A DNA stretch of 64,000 nt. Source: the human T2T-CHM13v2.0 reference genome, Homo sapiens. The position numbers and the translations under genes are program-made. The notes beneath the pieces were generated by a model. It was not told the origin of the DNA, ran no database searches, and saw only the letters and a program-made list of their open reading frames with translations. Shown here piece by piece: positions 48,910 through 62,810 of the stretch (the first letter of the stretch is position 1; each line of letters opens with the position of its first letter). The stretch is taken from NCBI RefSeq assembly GCF_009914755.1, contig NC_060930.1; one strand, 5' to 3'.

Positions 48910-49610
48910 TCTACTATAGTGGTTAAGAACCATTCATCCCATACCAGCTCTTACTAATTATGTAACTTTGCACAAGTTACTTGACTAAGTGTCTGTTTCC
49001 TCACCAGAAGTTTTAAACTGTCCTAAGACAGTTTTAAGAATTAAATGAGTTACTGCATTCATGTCCACAGCAGCCTTATTCACAATAGCTAAACCACTGA
49101 AGCAATCCAAGTATCCATGGAGGGATGAATAAGCAAAATGCAGCATATACATAAAATGGAAAGATATTCAGCCTTTAAAAGGAAGGAAATTGTGATATAT
49201 GCTACAGCATATGAAACTTGAGGGCATTATGCTAAGTGAAATTAGCCAGTCACAACTGGACAAACACTGTATCATTCCCTATGAAGTACCTAGAGTAATC
49301 AAAATCAGAGACAGAATGGAGAACAGTGGTTGCCAGGGGGCATGGGGAGAATAGGAAGTTACTGTTTAATGAGTATAGAATTTCAGTTATACAAAATCAA
49401 AGAGTTCTGAAGATAGATGTTGGTGACAGTTGCACACAATATGAATGTACTTAATACCACTGAACTGCATATTTTTAAATGGTTAAAATGTAAATTTTAT
49501 GTTATGTGTAATTTACCACAATTTTAAAAATTAAAGAAAAGAATTAAATGAGTTAATATATAAAAGATACTAGAACAGTGATTAATACACAGTAATATAG
49601 TATCAGCTAT
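48910..49610 (+). mobile_element. MIR split by an L1 insertion
   Basis: agtggttaag...tgtaactttgcacaagttactt...tctgtttcctca, resuming after the L1 with gaattaaatgagttaatatat. Confidence 0.65.
49053..49538 (+). mobile_element. 5'-truncated L1MB3-like 3' end with a perfect 17-bp TSD
   Basis: L1MB 3'UTR motifs; aagaattaaatgagtta at 49036-49052 and 49539-49555. Confidence 0.85.
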
Positions 49611-49671
49611 TGTTATTATGTCCAAGGCACAGAGTACTTAATTAAGTACTTAATTAAAGCTAGATATCATT

Positions 49672-49725
49672 AGTACTACGACTACCACTACTACCACTAC
49701 AACTACAGCTGCTACTAGTACTACT
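49672..49725. repeat. Degenerate (CTA)n trinucleotide repeat
   Basis: tactacgactaccactactaccactacaactacagctgctactagtactact. Confidence 0.75.
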
Positions 49726-51384
49726 TTACACAATCCAAAGAAGAGTTAGAGTTGGGGTTAATGATAAAACAAAACCCTGAATAAAACAGAAAGGATTAGT
49801 TTAAGAACCCTATAAACAGGAAACAGGAAGCCATCCCTTTTGAACACAGAAGAGAAAGAGATAAGTGAACACAGAAATTTTGAAACATAGAGAAATGAAT
49901 CACAGGTAACTCTTGGTAAAGGTTACCCACAGACCACACACCCAAACATATAAACATATTTACACAAAGGCAGTCAACAACTATAGTAAAATAGTTCCTT
50001 AATTCATTTTTCTATGAATAGGTATAACCAAAGTAAATTTTGTAAAATCAGACGCTGCACTGAATGAGCGATAACTCAAAACAGAGAATTCATATTTTAA
50101 AAACTTGAATCAGGTAGGTCTCAATCTGTCTAAGAGCTTGTTTTCTAAACATTAGAATGATAAAAACAAACCCAGAGCCTGAAATATCCCAATATACCAA
50201 AAGAATTTCTTAAGATTTACTAACAATAATGGTACATACACAATAAACCCGAAAGCTATAATACACAATGGAAAATTATCATTGACCATGTTTTGGTCCC
50301 ACAATCTATCTCATTAAAATAAAGATTAGTAAAATGATAACTTAAATAAAATTATAATTAAATCTACTTGGGTTCATGTTTCCTTTATCTACCAAAAAGA
50401 AATATAATAACTGTCATAACAATAAAAATTGACTGATAAAGTCTCCACCCTCTACAAATTTATAAAATCAACTAACAGTTTGGGGAAGTGCAACGAGCAA
50501 ATTATCAAAGCATATCTTTCACTTTTTGAAAAGAATTGTCAAGTTAGGACTAAATTCATTTGCTAAGGGCAACATGCATCTCATTAACTGCCACTTCCGT
50601 GGGATAGAATATGCTTCCTCCTCCTTTTCACCAATCTTCAAAGAATTAGAGAATTATGGAATTATCAAGGGTTGAAAGGGTTCTTATGTAGTCCCATATC
50701 TCCCAAGTAGCATGCACTTACACACGTTTATACCCCACCTCCAGTGCTGCGACAATCCTAAAATTTCCTAAGGCACAAGAAAAACCAGACTAGATTCACA
50801 GACAAGAGCAAAAAGTATTCATACAGGCACTACCAAAGACACAAAAAACTAGTTACATTACCTCCTCCAGTTTGTAAATGTCTGAAAACAAAGTGTACAT
50901 TAACAGTCACTTTAAATAAAAACATGATTTACCCTACCATAGCAAGAAGCTTCTACCTCAAAAACTAGATTTGAATATAATATATTTTACTATCTCCTAA
51001 GGTCACTTAAACCTGTTTCCTGATCATCTAAAGTCCAGAAAGTAAGGACTCTAATAACTGGATACAGACACATTCAAATAAATCAATGTATCCATTTATT
51101 TATTTTTCTTCAAATCTTCAAAAGCAATAAGGATGGAAGAGAAAATCTTAAGACACATCTTAAAGATTCAAATTGAATAAAGTTGGTTTAACAAATGAGC
51201 TGCCATCTATTTAGGGGAAGAGGAAGATTTCTCTTGGTTTTAAGTATTTCCTTATGCTGAAAAATATGACTTTATCGGATTAAAAATTAAAAGTCCACCC
51301 TTACTAACTAGGTATGGGACCTTGTAAAAACCACTTGGTCTCTCTAGCTTTGATATCCTCATCTATAACCTGAGAAAACGGAGT

Positions 51385-51558
51385 CAATTCTTGCTACTTA
51401 CAATGTGGTCCCTGGACCAATAGCATTAGCATCTCCTGGAAACTTGTCAAAAATGCAGAATCTTGGGCCCCAGCCTAGACTTTCTGAATCAGAATTAGCA
51501 TTTTAACAAGATTTCCAGGTGATTCACATACACATAGAATTGTGAGAAGCACTAGACT
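51385..51558. mobile_element. MER5A hAT-Charlie element (adjacent to a MIR piece)
   Basis: tgtggtccctggacc...aaatgcagaatcttgggcccc...tgaatcagaa...gcattttaacaagat...tgagaagcact. Confidence 0.85.
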
Positions 51559-51580
51559 AAATAACCTCAAGCCACCCTTA

Positions 51581-51920
<340 letters not shown>

Positions 51921-53719
51921 ATGAAAATGGAAAGCCTGACAGCAGATGTCCAAAAAAAGCAAAAGAATTTTAAAAATTCTTTTAATCTGAAAAAAAAAGT
52001 TTTCACTGAAGAATCTGTCCAAAAGTTATATTCAATAGATTTTCTCTTCTTAGCTATAGAAATGTGCTTGTTTTGATCCTAACTAGGATTAAAAAGAGCA
52101 AAGAGTACTAGAAGAAGAAGAAAAGAAAAACTAAGTATGATCACAAGTTAATTCTAATCAGTCTTCTAATTTTCACATTTTATATTATGCAACCTTTGAA
52201 ATTCACTATTGGCTAGACTCATTGAATGAATGCTAAAAGTAAGCTACTTTGAGTAAAATTTTCACTAAGTCCCAAAAAAGGTTCACCTAACAGTCTTTTA
52301 ATTATACTGAAAATGGGAAATAAAGTGTTGGGAAGGATGACTGGGAGAGAATTACTATAGGGTTTTCCTGTGCCTCCGGCTGGGAAAGCCCCTTAGGCTT
52401 AGCTTTCTGTGCCATCACAACCTTTTTCTTCCTCCAGTCACATAAGTAGGTGAAGTGCTTCCTCTTCCACTGCCACAGCAACTATTCCTCAGAGTGTTCA
52501 TTTCCCTGCCTTCTGTATCACTATGGAAAATAGTCTCTTACCACACTCTTTACCTGATTTCCAAAAAAAAAAAAACAGCTCTTTTAAGGCCTCAAAGGCT
52601 ATGGGGCTAACCAACTGACTCAGCAAATCAGGTGGTCCTAAACTTCAAGAAGATTGAGATAAAGGATCTCCCATTTTAATAGCCTCCTAAGAACAATTCA
52701 AGGAGTGGGAGTTGACATCATAGTCAAAGTTTAAATCAGAAGCTTATGGCTTAGCAATCATTAAAACTCTGACATGCTTCAAAATATAAACAAAGGGTTT
52801 ATGCAGCCACCAGTGTAACAATTTTCTCATAAGCACCTAACTGCCTTAACTGTAAGAGCTTACAAAGATTGTGGATTTATATCAATTATTAATCAGGTCG
52901 GTCCAGCTCAGGCTGTTTCTACCTCATGACTTTCTTCACATTGCTCCCCTCACCCCTGTTACTCATCCTTCACTCATCATCCTCCTAAGAACTCCCACAT
53001 TATTAGAGTCTATGTCATGTCATTTATATGCAATTATACTTCATATTGTTCATTAGATTTTGATCTATTTTAGGGCATGAACCACATCTTCAATTTTCTT
53101 TTCTTAAATACACACAAACTCTTTTTCCTTTTAAAACTTTACTGCCATTGAAATTGACCACATATCAAAATATTGTATTTGGCAGCTCTGAGTGTGTAGT
53201 CAAAACAGCAGCCATTTAAAACTTGTCAGAAATTAGGAATTTCCTTTAAAGCAAGCACCATCTTTTTCATACTCTCATGTTATTTCTATAGAACAATGAA
53301 CATTTTCAGAAAAAAATTTTACTGAAAGGGATTTTAATAATCTACAAGAAACTTGAAATAAATTTACTTTTAACACAGGCATTATACTTTACCATAAATA
53401 TTTTACTATAAAGATCACCCATTATTTTAAATTTAGAAATGTGCTAATAACACAATTAAGGTATTTTTAAGAAAGAGAATTAAAAACACATGTAGAAGAT
53501 GTACAACATGATGATGCTTGATTTTATTTAATATTGCTTCATGCACAAAGGAAAAATCTAAATAACAAAACCGTATCTAAGTGCACCAAATGTTTTAAGA
53601 GAGTTGTAATTTCTCCATTTACTGGTATCAAACATAAAATTAGATCAAGTTAGGAAAAATTTTAAAGCTCACTGTCATGCAAAAAGTACAGATTGAGATC
53701 TGAAACTTCAAGTCATAAG

Positions 53720-54027
53720 AAGCTTCCTCACAGGAGTTATAGCAGTTTATAAAGGAGAAAGTATTTTGACCTTTTTCGTGACTGGCCATTAGACACTAAC
53801 ATTATTCTAATGCAAGTGGAGCTGTTTATATTTGTCTATAGCTGATTGGTTTAATTTCACTGAATCATGCTGGCAAAGATGTAAACCTCATGCTTTGTGG
53901 TTCTTTTATAAGTAGAGATAGTGTTTCAGGGGAATCAGAATGACTTGAGTTTGGGTTACAGGGTTATAGGCAGTTGGCCTTGGGATCTATCTAAACTGTG
54001 ACCTCCATTTTTATTTTCCTTTTAACA
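53720..54027 (-). mobile_element. ERV1-class LTR fragment (subfamily uncertain)
   Basis: Minus strand starts TGTTAAAAGGAAAATAAAATGGAGG, like MER4-group LTR termini. Confidence 0.5.
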
Positions 54028-55329
54028 CTAGTAAGTAATTCTTAATGAATCAAACTATTAGAAATTAACTGGTTGCTACTAGTCTTTGTTCAAGTTCACA
54101 TAAAAGTACCAGGAGAAATCCTAGAAGCACCAATTTCAACAGCTAATACTACTGAGACTATAAAAATAAATATATTATGGACTCATAACATTAAGGCAAC
54201 TACCAAGGCCACATCATAGAGCAGTCTCAAAGTTCAGCTGCTTAAAGGCTGTAATTTATGCAGCAATTTGATTTGTTCTAGTTATATATTATATCCTGCA
54301 ACTCTAGCCAGTAGTTTACATTCTATCAGGCTGACATAAGATGTAAAAGACCTAAATGCCATTCTAGATAATTCATAGGGAGACAAAATTTAGTTTTCTG
54401 CCCATGCAAAAGTATTTTAAAAATTAAATTTCTAAATTCAAAAATGTTACTAAAATAAAATGAGTCCAAGGAAGCTCACCTGCCAGCAAAAATAGCAGCA
54501 ACATTAAATCTGGGCTGAAAGCCAGAGTGATACTATACTAAGATGGGCCACCTATATAATCTTCAAATCAGACTTCACAATTTAAAAGCACTGTCAGAAT
54601 TGCTCATTTTCTGATTTCTTTACCTAGTTCACATGTTACTGCCTTTTGAGAAGCAAATTACCATCAAACATGCAAAAACCAAATGTAGTTCCTCCAGAAA
54701 ATAAAAATCCTATATATGATTTTAAAACATATGGTTATAGAATTTTTTCCCCAAAATATATCATTAGGGCACATATATAAAAATTACTGTTCCTCATATA
54801 CCACATACAAGTCAAATAACTTTTCTATCCTATGAACATAAATTTCACTGCCTATAAATAAAAGAGCTACATTCCAACATCATGTTTTTCTATTAGACTC
54901 CTTTGCTCCCAACACAATTAAGAGCAAAAAAAAAAAAAAAAATCCAAATGGGATAAAAGAGAATCTTCATATCATTCTTCCCTTCTGAGATTTCAACTTA
55001 AGAATGTCTCAGTTTCCTGATACAGAAAAAACACTTCTAGGGACTTTAATACGGCTACATTGTTTTTACCAAAAAAGGTCCAAAATGGCACTTTAAGGTC
55101 ATTTGCAAATATAATAATTCAGATGCAATGCACAAAAGAACATACCAACATTGTCAAAATGGCTATGCTTTCAGTAATGCTGTATATATGATCCCACTAA
55201 TCCTTACTAAATTCTTAATAATCCCCAGCTAATATTCTGGGTTGTATTATAAAATAGATGTCCAATGCACTGGATACCATTAGAATTCTACTGCTTCACA
55301 AAAGCAGTCTGAATTAAACCTGGTCCTCT

Positions 55330-55344
55330 GCTGCCATCTAGCGA
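55330..55344 (-). promoter_or_regulatory. Candidate CTCF binding motif
   Basis: Minus strand TCGCTAGATGGCAGC, one mismatch to the core CCRSYAGRKGGCRS. Motif only. Confidence 0.45.
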
Positions 55345-56069
55345 AGTCATAAGATCCCAAAATGAAATCAAAAGTGACAATTGTTCAGATCTATTCAATA
55401 AATCATTAAAATACATTAATTATTTCAGAAAATGCTGTTTGTAGTTTTTACTACAAAAACTGCTACAATAATAAATATACTGGAGGATTTTGCTCCAAAG
55501 AAAATGTATGCATATTTCCATAAATGTATTCTAGAGTATACAGACCATAGCAATAAACTCCTATAATAAGCTATCAGATGAATAATTACTCATTCAAAAA
55601 AGTTATTTAGAATAATATTATCATGGTATTCTTATAAAAGCAAAACTTTCAAAACAAGCTAAATTTACAACCACACAGAAATTTTCAAAGTATGATGCAC
55701 TTATACAATGGAATGTTCCATACAATAGAATGATTCTTCCCAAGACACTACTGAAATAATAGCAGAGTTTTTTTTTTTTTAAGTATAAAGCTATATGGTC
55801 CTGAAAAATATGTCCTGAAAGTCCACAAAATTATTTGACACTCTTAACCTCAAGAGATGGAGCTTAATTCCCCTCCTTTAAGTTTGGGCTAGACTTATAT
55901 GTTACAACAAATAGAATATGGCAGAAGTGGATTGTATGTCACCTCTTGGGCTAGATTAGATTAGATTATAAACAGACTACTACTTTTATCTTGGGTGTTC
56001 TCTTAGATCATTTGCTATAAGTAAAGCTGGCTGCCATATGGTGAGGACACTCAGGCAGCTGTGAGAACC

Positions 56070-56670
56070 CACTCGGAACCCCAGAGCTGGTATGAAGATT
56101 ATTTTAACCAGAAGACATTTGAGAGTCAACAAATGCAGAAAGGTGGCTGTTCAGAGCTTTCCTTATCTGACTAAAAGCAGAAACTTCCGGGAATTAAGCT
56201 ACCATAAATCCTTTCTTCTAGGTGGCTTCACTCCCAGAAAGAAGACTGAGAGTAAAACTATCATAAATCCCCTCTCCAGGAGTTTATGGCCACGAAGAAG
56301 ATGGAAAAGACCATTCCCCCCCATAAAAACAAACATTTCTTACCTCCTATTTGTTCCTCTAAAAATCCACTTATCCTTCCTAAAGAATTCCATTTTTTTT
56401 CTTACACTGAAGCCTATTCTCCACCTTCCCTTTCCACCATTAAATTAGACATACAAACTTGAGACATTAAGTTAGGAATACAAACTTTAGGCATAGTCCC
56501 ATTAAGTTAGGAATACTAACTTCAACCATCTTGTAAGCCACTTCTTTTATGTGCTTCCATACACATATAAACTTTGTTTTTTCTCTTGCTAATCTATGTT
56601 TTGTCAGTTTAATTTGTAGGCCCCTAACTATTGAACCTAAGTGGGTACAGGAAAGTTTTTCCTCCCCACT
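56070..56670 (+). mobile_element. MER34-like ERV1 solo LTR nested in the MLT1
   Basis: Ends tctcttgctaatctatgttttgtcagtttaattt...gaacctaag...gaaagtttttcctcccca, typical of the MER34/39 group. Confidence 0.65.
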
Positions 56671-56829
56671 GGTAAGAAATGGAGGTCTCATGCCAACAGC
56701 CAGCTGAGGAACTGAGGCCTGCCATCAACCATACACATGAGCTTGGAAGTGGACCCTTGAAATGACAACAGCCCTGGCCAACAGCTTGACTGCAATCTGA
56801 TAGACGACATTGAACCATAATCACCCAGC

Positions 56830-57005
56830 TTAATAGGTACAAAAAAAAAGAATAAATGAATAAGACCTACTATTTGATAGCACAATAGGGTGACTATAGT
56901 CAACAATAACTTAACTGTACTTTCCAAAATAACTTAGAGTATCATTGGATTGCTTGTAACAAGGGATAAATGCTTGAGGCTATGGATTTAAGAAAAACAA
57001 AAAAG
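56830..57005 (+). mobile_element. L1MA-type 3'UTR fragment nested in the MLT1
   Basis: gaataagacctactatttgatagcacaatagggtgactatagtcaacaataactt...ggataaatgcttgagg. Confidence 0.8.
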
Positions 57006-57119
57006 ACTCACCCAACCACACTGCTCCCAAGAAACGATGAGACAGTAAATATTTGAATTTTAAACTGTTATATTTTGGGGTAATTTTAGGGTAATTTATT
57101 AGAAATGGCTATAACAATG

Positions 57120-57900
57120 AAGATAATGAAGGGAAGGAGAAAAGAGCATCAGCAGATGCACTATTTCAATAAATTTCTGGTTGACAAGAAATAGACGGAG
57201 AAGTACTGAAAAGTGCTGAGAAGCATGCACAGAGGTAGCAGGATTCACAGATGGAGGTGCCTATTTTACAAAACCCCAAAGAAGATCCAGACCCAGAAAC
57301 ATCAAGTGCACAGGATGACTACAGTGACATATGGACTGAAAAGGAGGGATTGGTTATTTTTAGCTATGTACAACAATTAAATTCTCACAACTCATACACA
57401 CAACACACAGGTTATTCCTCAAGCAAAAGAAAAGAAAAATCAGAGAGCTCTTCTCTAAAGAAACTGAAACAGGGTGGGAGGGTGAACAGAAAAAAAAAAG
57501 AAAGAAAGTAAAAGAAACTGAACCAAATGGGTAGTGAGGGAAGAGCACCTAAGCACAACTGCTTATCATAAAGCAAAGGTCAGAAATTGACAAACCCAGC
57601 CCACATTCATGGAGCTTCCAAGCAGCTTCTCTGCCTCGTTTCAAATGCACAGCCAACCAAGGATCACCACACATTTGAAGAAACTAGAAACATAAAGAAG
57701 AAAGATGATTCAAGGAAGAGAAAGATAACTTTAAATATGCTTTTAACTAGTATTCTCATAGAGATTCAAGAAGCTATCACAACCATAAACCAAGAACAAT
57801 TTGTCATGAAAAGGTACAGGCAGAGAACAAGAATGTATGTACTATTGACAAAAGCATAATTACCAGAATAAGTAATTCAACAAAAAGAAAGGAAGAAAAT
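57120..57900 (+). mobile_element. HAL1/ancient L1 5'-ORF1-like fragment
   Basis: Purine-rich; ggatcaccacacatttgaagaaa...agagattcaagaag...ccataaaccaagaaca...cagagaacaagaa resembles HAL1. Confidence 0.5.
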
Positions 57901-59949
57901 AAGAGAACCTGGTACTTGGCACATAACAGACACTTAAAAAATTGTGGAATGAATATGTTTTTCATTTAGTCAATGAAACAAAAAATATATATAGACAGAG
58001 GGAAAAGTCTAAAAGCATACACACCAAAATGTAAGCAGCAACCATCTCTAACTGGTGAAATTACATATGTTTTTCGTGTTTGTCCTGTTCCTTATCTTCA
58101 TTTTCTAACTTTTCTACAATGAATACAAATGACTTTTATAATGGGGAAACACATTTTTAAGACATTATCATTTTTTCATTATAAGACCAGAATCACAAGG
58201 CAAAAAAGAAATTTTTACTAAAATGCTTATCAAGTCCAAGTTAGAAAAAGTTTCAACTACTACCATTAATAATAAGATAGGTTTAGTAAGATATAGACAT
58301 ACTCATTGATCTTGACCTAATTAAGAGAATTTGAAAAGCTTGCAAAATAACAGGACACTGCAAACTTATTATTCGTAGCACAGATCAGGTAATTGGTTCC
58401 AATACTAGTAAATAAATCTCATGAATCAACCAGTTCTGTATATAAGAAGCCTCTCTTGGTTATTTTAATTAGTTACTTTCAGATTAAGTAGCTCTCATAA
58501 TGAGAATGTACAGTGTCTTCATTAGACTTCAAAGTGTAAAATCAAATGATATACTCATTTGCATTAATTACCATTTATGTAACAGGTTATGCTTTTCAGA
58601 ACTCTGTAGCAATACAAGTTAAATATGTAAAATACAGCATTCTTTTAAGTGATCTTCCATCAGGGTATGCCACATTTATTGCTCTAAAGATTTACCTTGA
58701 TATGGAATAAAATTTAAAAGCCACTTAACGTATTCTGGGCAGCACTACCTATCACAGAGGCATGTAAACAACGTTTTAATTTTTATAAAGTAATCCATCT
58801 TCATGAAAAGAAAAGATCAAAAGAATTTTCCCAAAAGTTTTATTTTACATTTGTCCCTGACTCGCTGATTACTTTCAGTTTTCTTTTGTATAAAGCATGC
58901 ATTCTAGAAAAATCAACTATAATTATTTCAAACAATTTTTCACAGATTCACAAAGAGGATAAAGTTTTTTCCCCTTTTTTATCCAAGCCAGCATTTGCCA
59001 CTTCCATAATCACACATAATGAATAAGAGTATGTGAGCAAATAATGAGTTAAGAAAGTATCACAGAATCGTAAAAAAAAAAAATATGAAAATCCAGTTAA
59101 CACCTCATCTAACAGATAAGCTCTACTGCTGAGATGGGTCAAAGCAAATGTTCTTCCATCTGGTCAGCAGCACTACTCAATACTAAATATCAATATTCAA
59201 TACTAAATATATCTTACTTATTTCCTATATAAAATTTAAAAATCCATCTATGAACACCCAATATCACACTCTTAAAATCAAAACAAGCAGTCATATTTCA
59301 TATACAGTATCAAGTAATGCTCTTTATTAGCTCTTTAGTATCTCTTACTTAGTTGTCTGGTACTATACATAGTTTTGTTATATCTCTTACTACATCTTAA
59401 ATTGTACTTCATTTTCCTGCTGAGAGTAGGAATTGTACTTTTACTTTCCTCTAGTGTCTTGTATTGTCTTTGAGACCTTCTAAAGCTTACAGTAGCTTAA
59501 CAGTTATCTATTAAAGCAGTAAATATTGTCTGCAAATATATTTATTATCCCATTAAGTGAAAGGAGCAATGCAATTTGAATTACCATCACAAAGCAATTT
59601 GAAAAAAAAATAATAGAGTTTTTCTATTATTTATTTATAAGAGAACAGCCTATATCATATCCCATTATATGGAGGATCAGAAAGTAAGGAAAGAAAACAG
59701 CAGGTAAGAAGATGAAGGTATAATGTCTCGAGAAACCAAACATCCAACTCTTAATATTGATTATCCCAAGGGGTGGGATAAAAGTTCTCACAGGGAGAAC
59801 TTTTTAATTTCTTTTTAATGTTTTATGAGGAAGACAGAAGACATTATCAGAAAAAATATATTTTAAGACAGAAAAATTCATCTATTAGCATAAAACAGTA
59901 AAAATAACTATCAAAATATTGAAAAAATAATGAGGACATGACCTGGCAA

Positions 59950-60150
59950 AAAGGATTCTGGGCTCTGGGGCCAGATCACTTGCATTCAAATCTCAGTCCT
60001 GCTACTTACAATAACTGTGTCTGTGACCTTGAAAAAGCTACTTATTCACAATGCTATCTTACAGCGTTGTGAGTATTAAATGAGATAAATGTTCTATGTA
60101 AAGTACTCAGAACAATGCCTAATACACATTAAGTGTTCAACAAGTATTAC
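59950..60150 (+). mobile_element. MIR SINE
   Basis: ggctctggggccaga...ttcaaatctcagtcctgctactta...tgtgaccttg...gtgagtattaaatgagataa. Confidence 0.75.
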
Positions 60151-60660
60151 TTGTTATAACTGTTGCTATAGCCAAAATACAGAATGAACTTGTGCAACCA
60201 CACTAGTATTCAAAAAAAACTGCTAATCAAAGCAATTTTAAAATTCATTTTCCTTTAATTTTTACATCAATAAAATCTTTTAAGAAAAAAATTCATTTTC
60301 CAATTGTCAACTTGGCTACATTACTTATATTAAGTGAAACTACCCCAAATTGCCAAGGATGTACACTCAAGCACTGCTGTTCGGAGTGTATCACTACAAC
60401 CTCTAGCAAGGTATATCAAGGACTTCAAAGGTTTCCATACTATATCTAAGTAATACTATTTTTGTCAAAATTTATGCAAAGATGGGTATAAGAAGATCAG
60501 TACAGTTATTTATAGCAACAAAAAAACTGGAGTCTAAATGCCCCTATAATCGAGGGTGAACTATTTTTTCTTGGCAGCAATTAAGTCATTTTAAAAATAC
60601 ATGTTATAACAATGAAATATACTCATGTTAAGATAAAAAGCAGCATACAAAAATAATCAT

Positions 60661-60934
60661 GCCTGAGTATTGTGGCTCAGGCCTGTAATCCCAACACTTT
60701 GGGAGGCCAAGGCAGGCAGATCACTTTAGCCCAGGAGTTTGAGACCAGCCTGGACAACACGGGGAAACCCTATCTCAACAACAAAAAAAAGACAAAAATT
60801 AGTTGGGTGTGGCGGCACGCGCCTATAGTCCCAGCTACTCTGGAGGCTGAGGTGGGAGGTCGAGGCTGCAGTGAGGCATGAGTGTGCCACTCCACTCCAG
60901 CCTAGGCAAAACAGTGAGACCCTGTCTCAAAAAA
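60661..60934 (+). mobile_element. AluJ element (deleted in right arm) followed by (ATC)n
   Basis: Dimer match. Confidence 0.88.
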
Positions 60935-62487
60935 CAATCATCATCATCATCATATAGTTTAGTTCTAATTACCTGCTAAGCCTATCATAGCTAGCACAAT
61001 CTCTGGCATATGGTAAATGTTCAATAAATATTTGTTAACTACATGAATGAACAAAGAGACAAATTCAATCTCTTTATCCTGTATTCCTTGTTTCTCATTT
61101 GTTTGGGTCCAGTAGCCCAGCTCTATATAGGGGAAAAAATGTTTGAAAATATTAACGAAAAATTCATTTGTTTTAATCTTTCAAAGCTTCACATGTTTGC
61201 TGCCCCCAGAACCTGGCCAACTGAAAATTCTGAGTTAGGGTTGCACCTATGTTTGCAATCAAAGTTTTATCTGTATCTGCTCAGCTCTAAGAGTTCTCTA
61301 GCAGATTTTGGTAATAGGTAATAAATTTGGTTGGTTTTTATTTTTAAATACCATTTCAAAGACAGTATCTCTATTAACTAGTAGTAACTCTCATACTTAG
61401 GATTTGATTAAAGAAACTGCTATTTAAGGGACCTTTTTATCCTTTAGTAAATCCTAAAGATGTGACTACTAACCAATGGGTATTTCAAAGATTTGGTTTT
61501 AAAATGTTAGATTGTTTTGCCTTTGCTTAATTTTCTTCTTGTGCAATAACTATACCACACCCTAAAAGAATTCTGAGTGAACTCTGGGAAATCAATGTTG
61601 GTTCTCATGTAATAATGGTTTTCAAAACAGTCTTCAGTTATAACAACAATAACTAATATGCATTGAGTGCTGTATAATAAGCATTTTATGTGGGTCTCCA
61701 CCAACTAACAGAGAAATTCTCAGGTATGTTCTTAACTCAATAGCTGGCTAAATACTACTTTGAATTGGGTCACTGATTTTTAAATTTTGTTCCATGAGGC
61801 ACTACAGATAGCGGCTCCCAAATCAGGTTAAAAATCACAAGTAATCGGGGTGCTTTTCAAAAATGCATTTTCTCAGAACCAATCCAGGCTTAATGAATTT
61901 GAATCTCTGAATTTTTTTTTAATAAAAGTTTCCTATGATGGTAGCGCAACTGGAAATGCTGCCCTAAAAAGTTCCATGGTAACCTCAGACGCCACACCAG
62001 AATGCAACCCCATATGCTTTCCTCAATTTGCAGCAACCAAAGCATTACTGCTTTTATCTGTTTCATATAGGGGGACTTAAAGAAAGATTTAGGCTTGGGG
62101 AGGGAGTCAAAGAGTCCTTCTTTTTAAACCAATTTACCACAAGATACCATCAAACGTAGCTTCAGATCAATAAACAGTGTTTCTGAGTTGACCTCTAAAT
62201 ATTCTCTGGTAGTCTCACTTCCCCGTGATAAAAAAGAAACACAGGAGCTTTATTGTGTCCCATCCAGTTGCAAGGAAACTGGCCTGGATCCCTAACTATA
62301 GTTCTGATGAAACTACTATTAAAAACAGGGCTGGGGTCTTTAAATGACGAGATCTGGCTTACATTCTCTCTAAGAGTTTTGGTTATCACCAGAGGTATGA
62401 CACTAAACATTAACTGAGTCCTAAAATTAGTATAGTTAGTATAATTTCCATTATTATGAGGAAAAACTACCTTAAACCTAATTTCAT

Positions 62488-62810
<323 letters not shown>

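Larger units (their letters stand above)
55790..57110 (+). mobile_element. MLT1F-like MaLR LTR broken by two nested insertions
   Basis: ttatttgacactc...caagagatggagcttaattcccctcc...gctgccatatggtgaggacactcaggcagc, then gaggaactgaggcctgcc...gagcttggaagtgga...cctggccaacagcttgactgcaa, then tttggggtaatt. Confidence 0.75.

Noticed and set aside
54470-54520. Strong minus-strand donor-like CAG|GTGAGC
   Set aside because: No convincing upstream polypyrimidine tract or acceptor; expected by chance.
57251-57859. Two ORFs of about 90 aa in a purine-rich stretch
   Set aside because: Best explained as decayed HAL1/L1 sequence on the strand opposite the gene; no exon structure.
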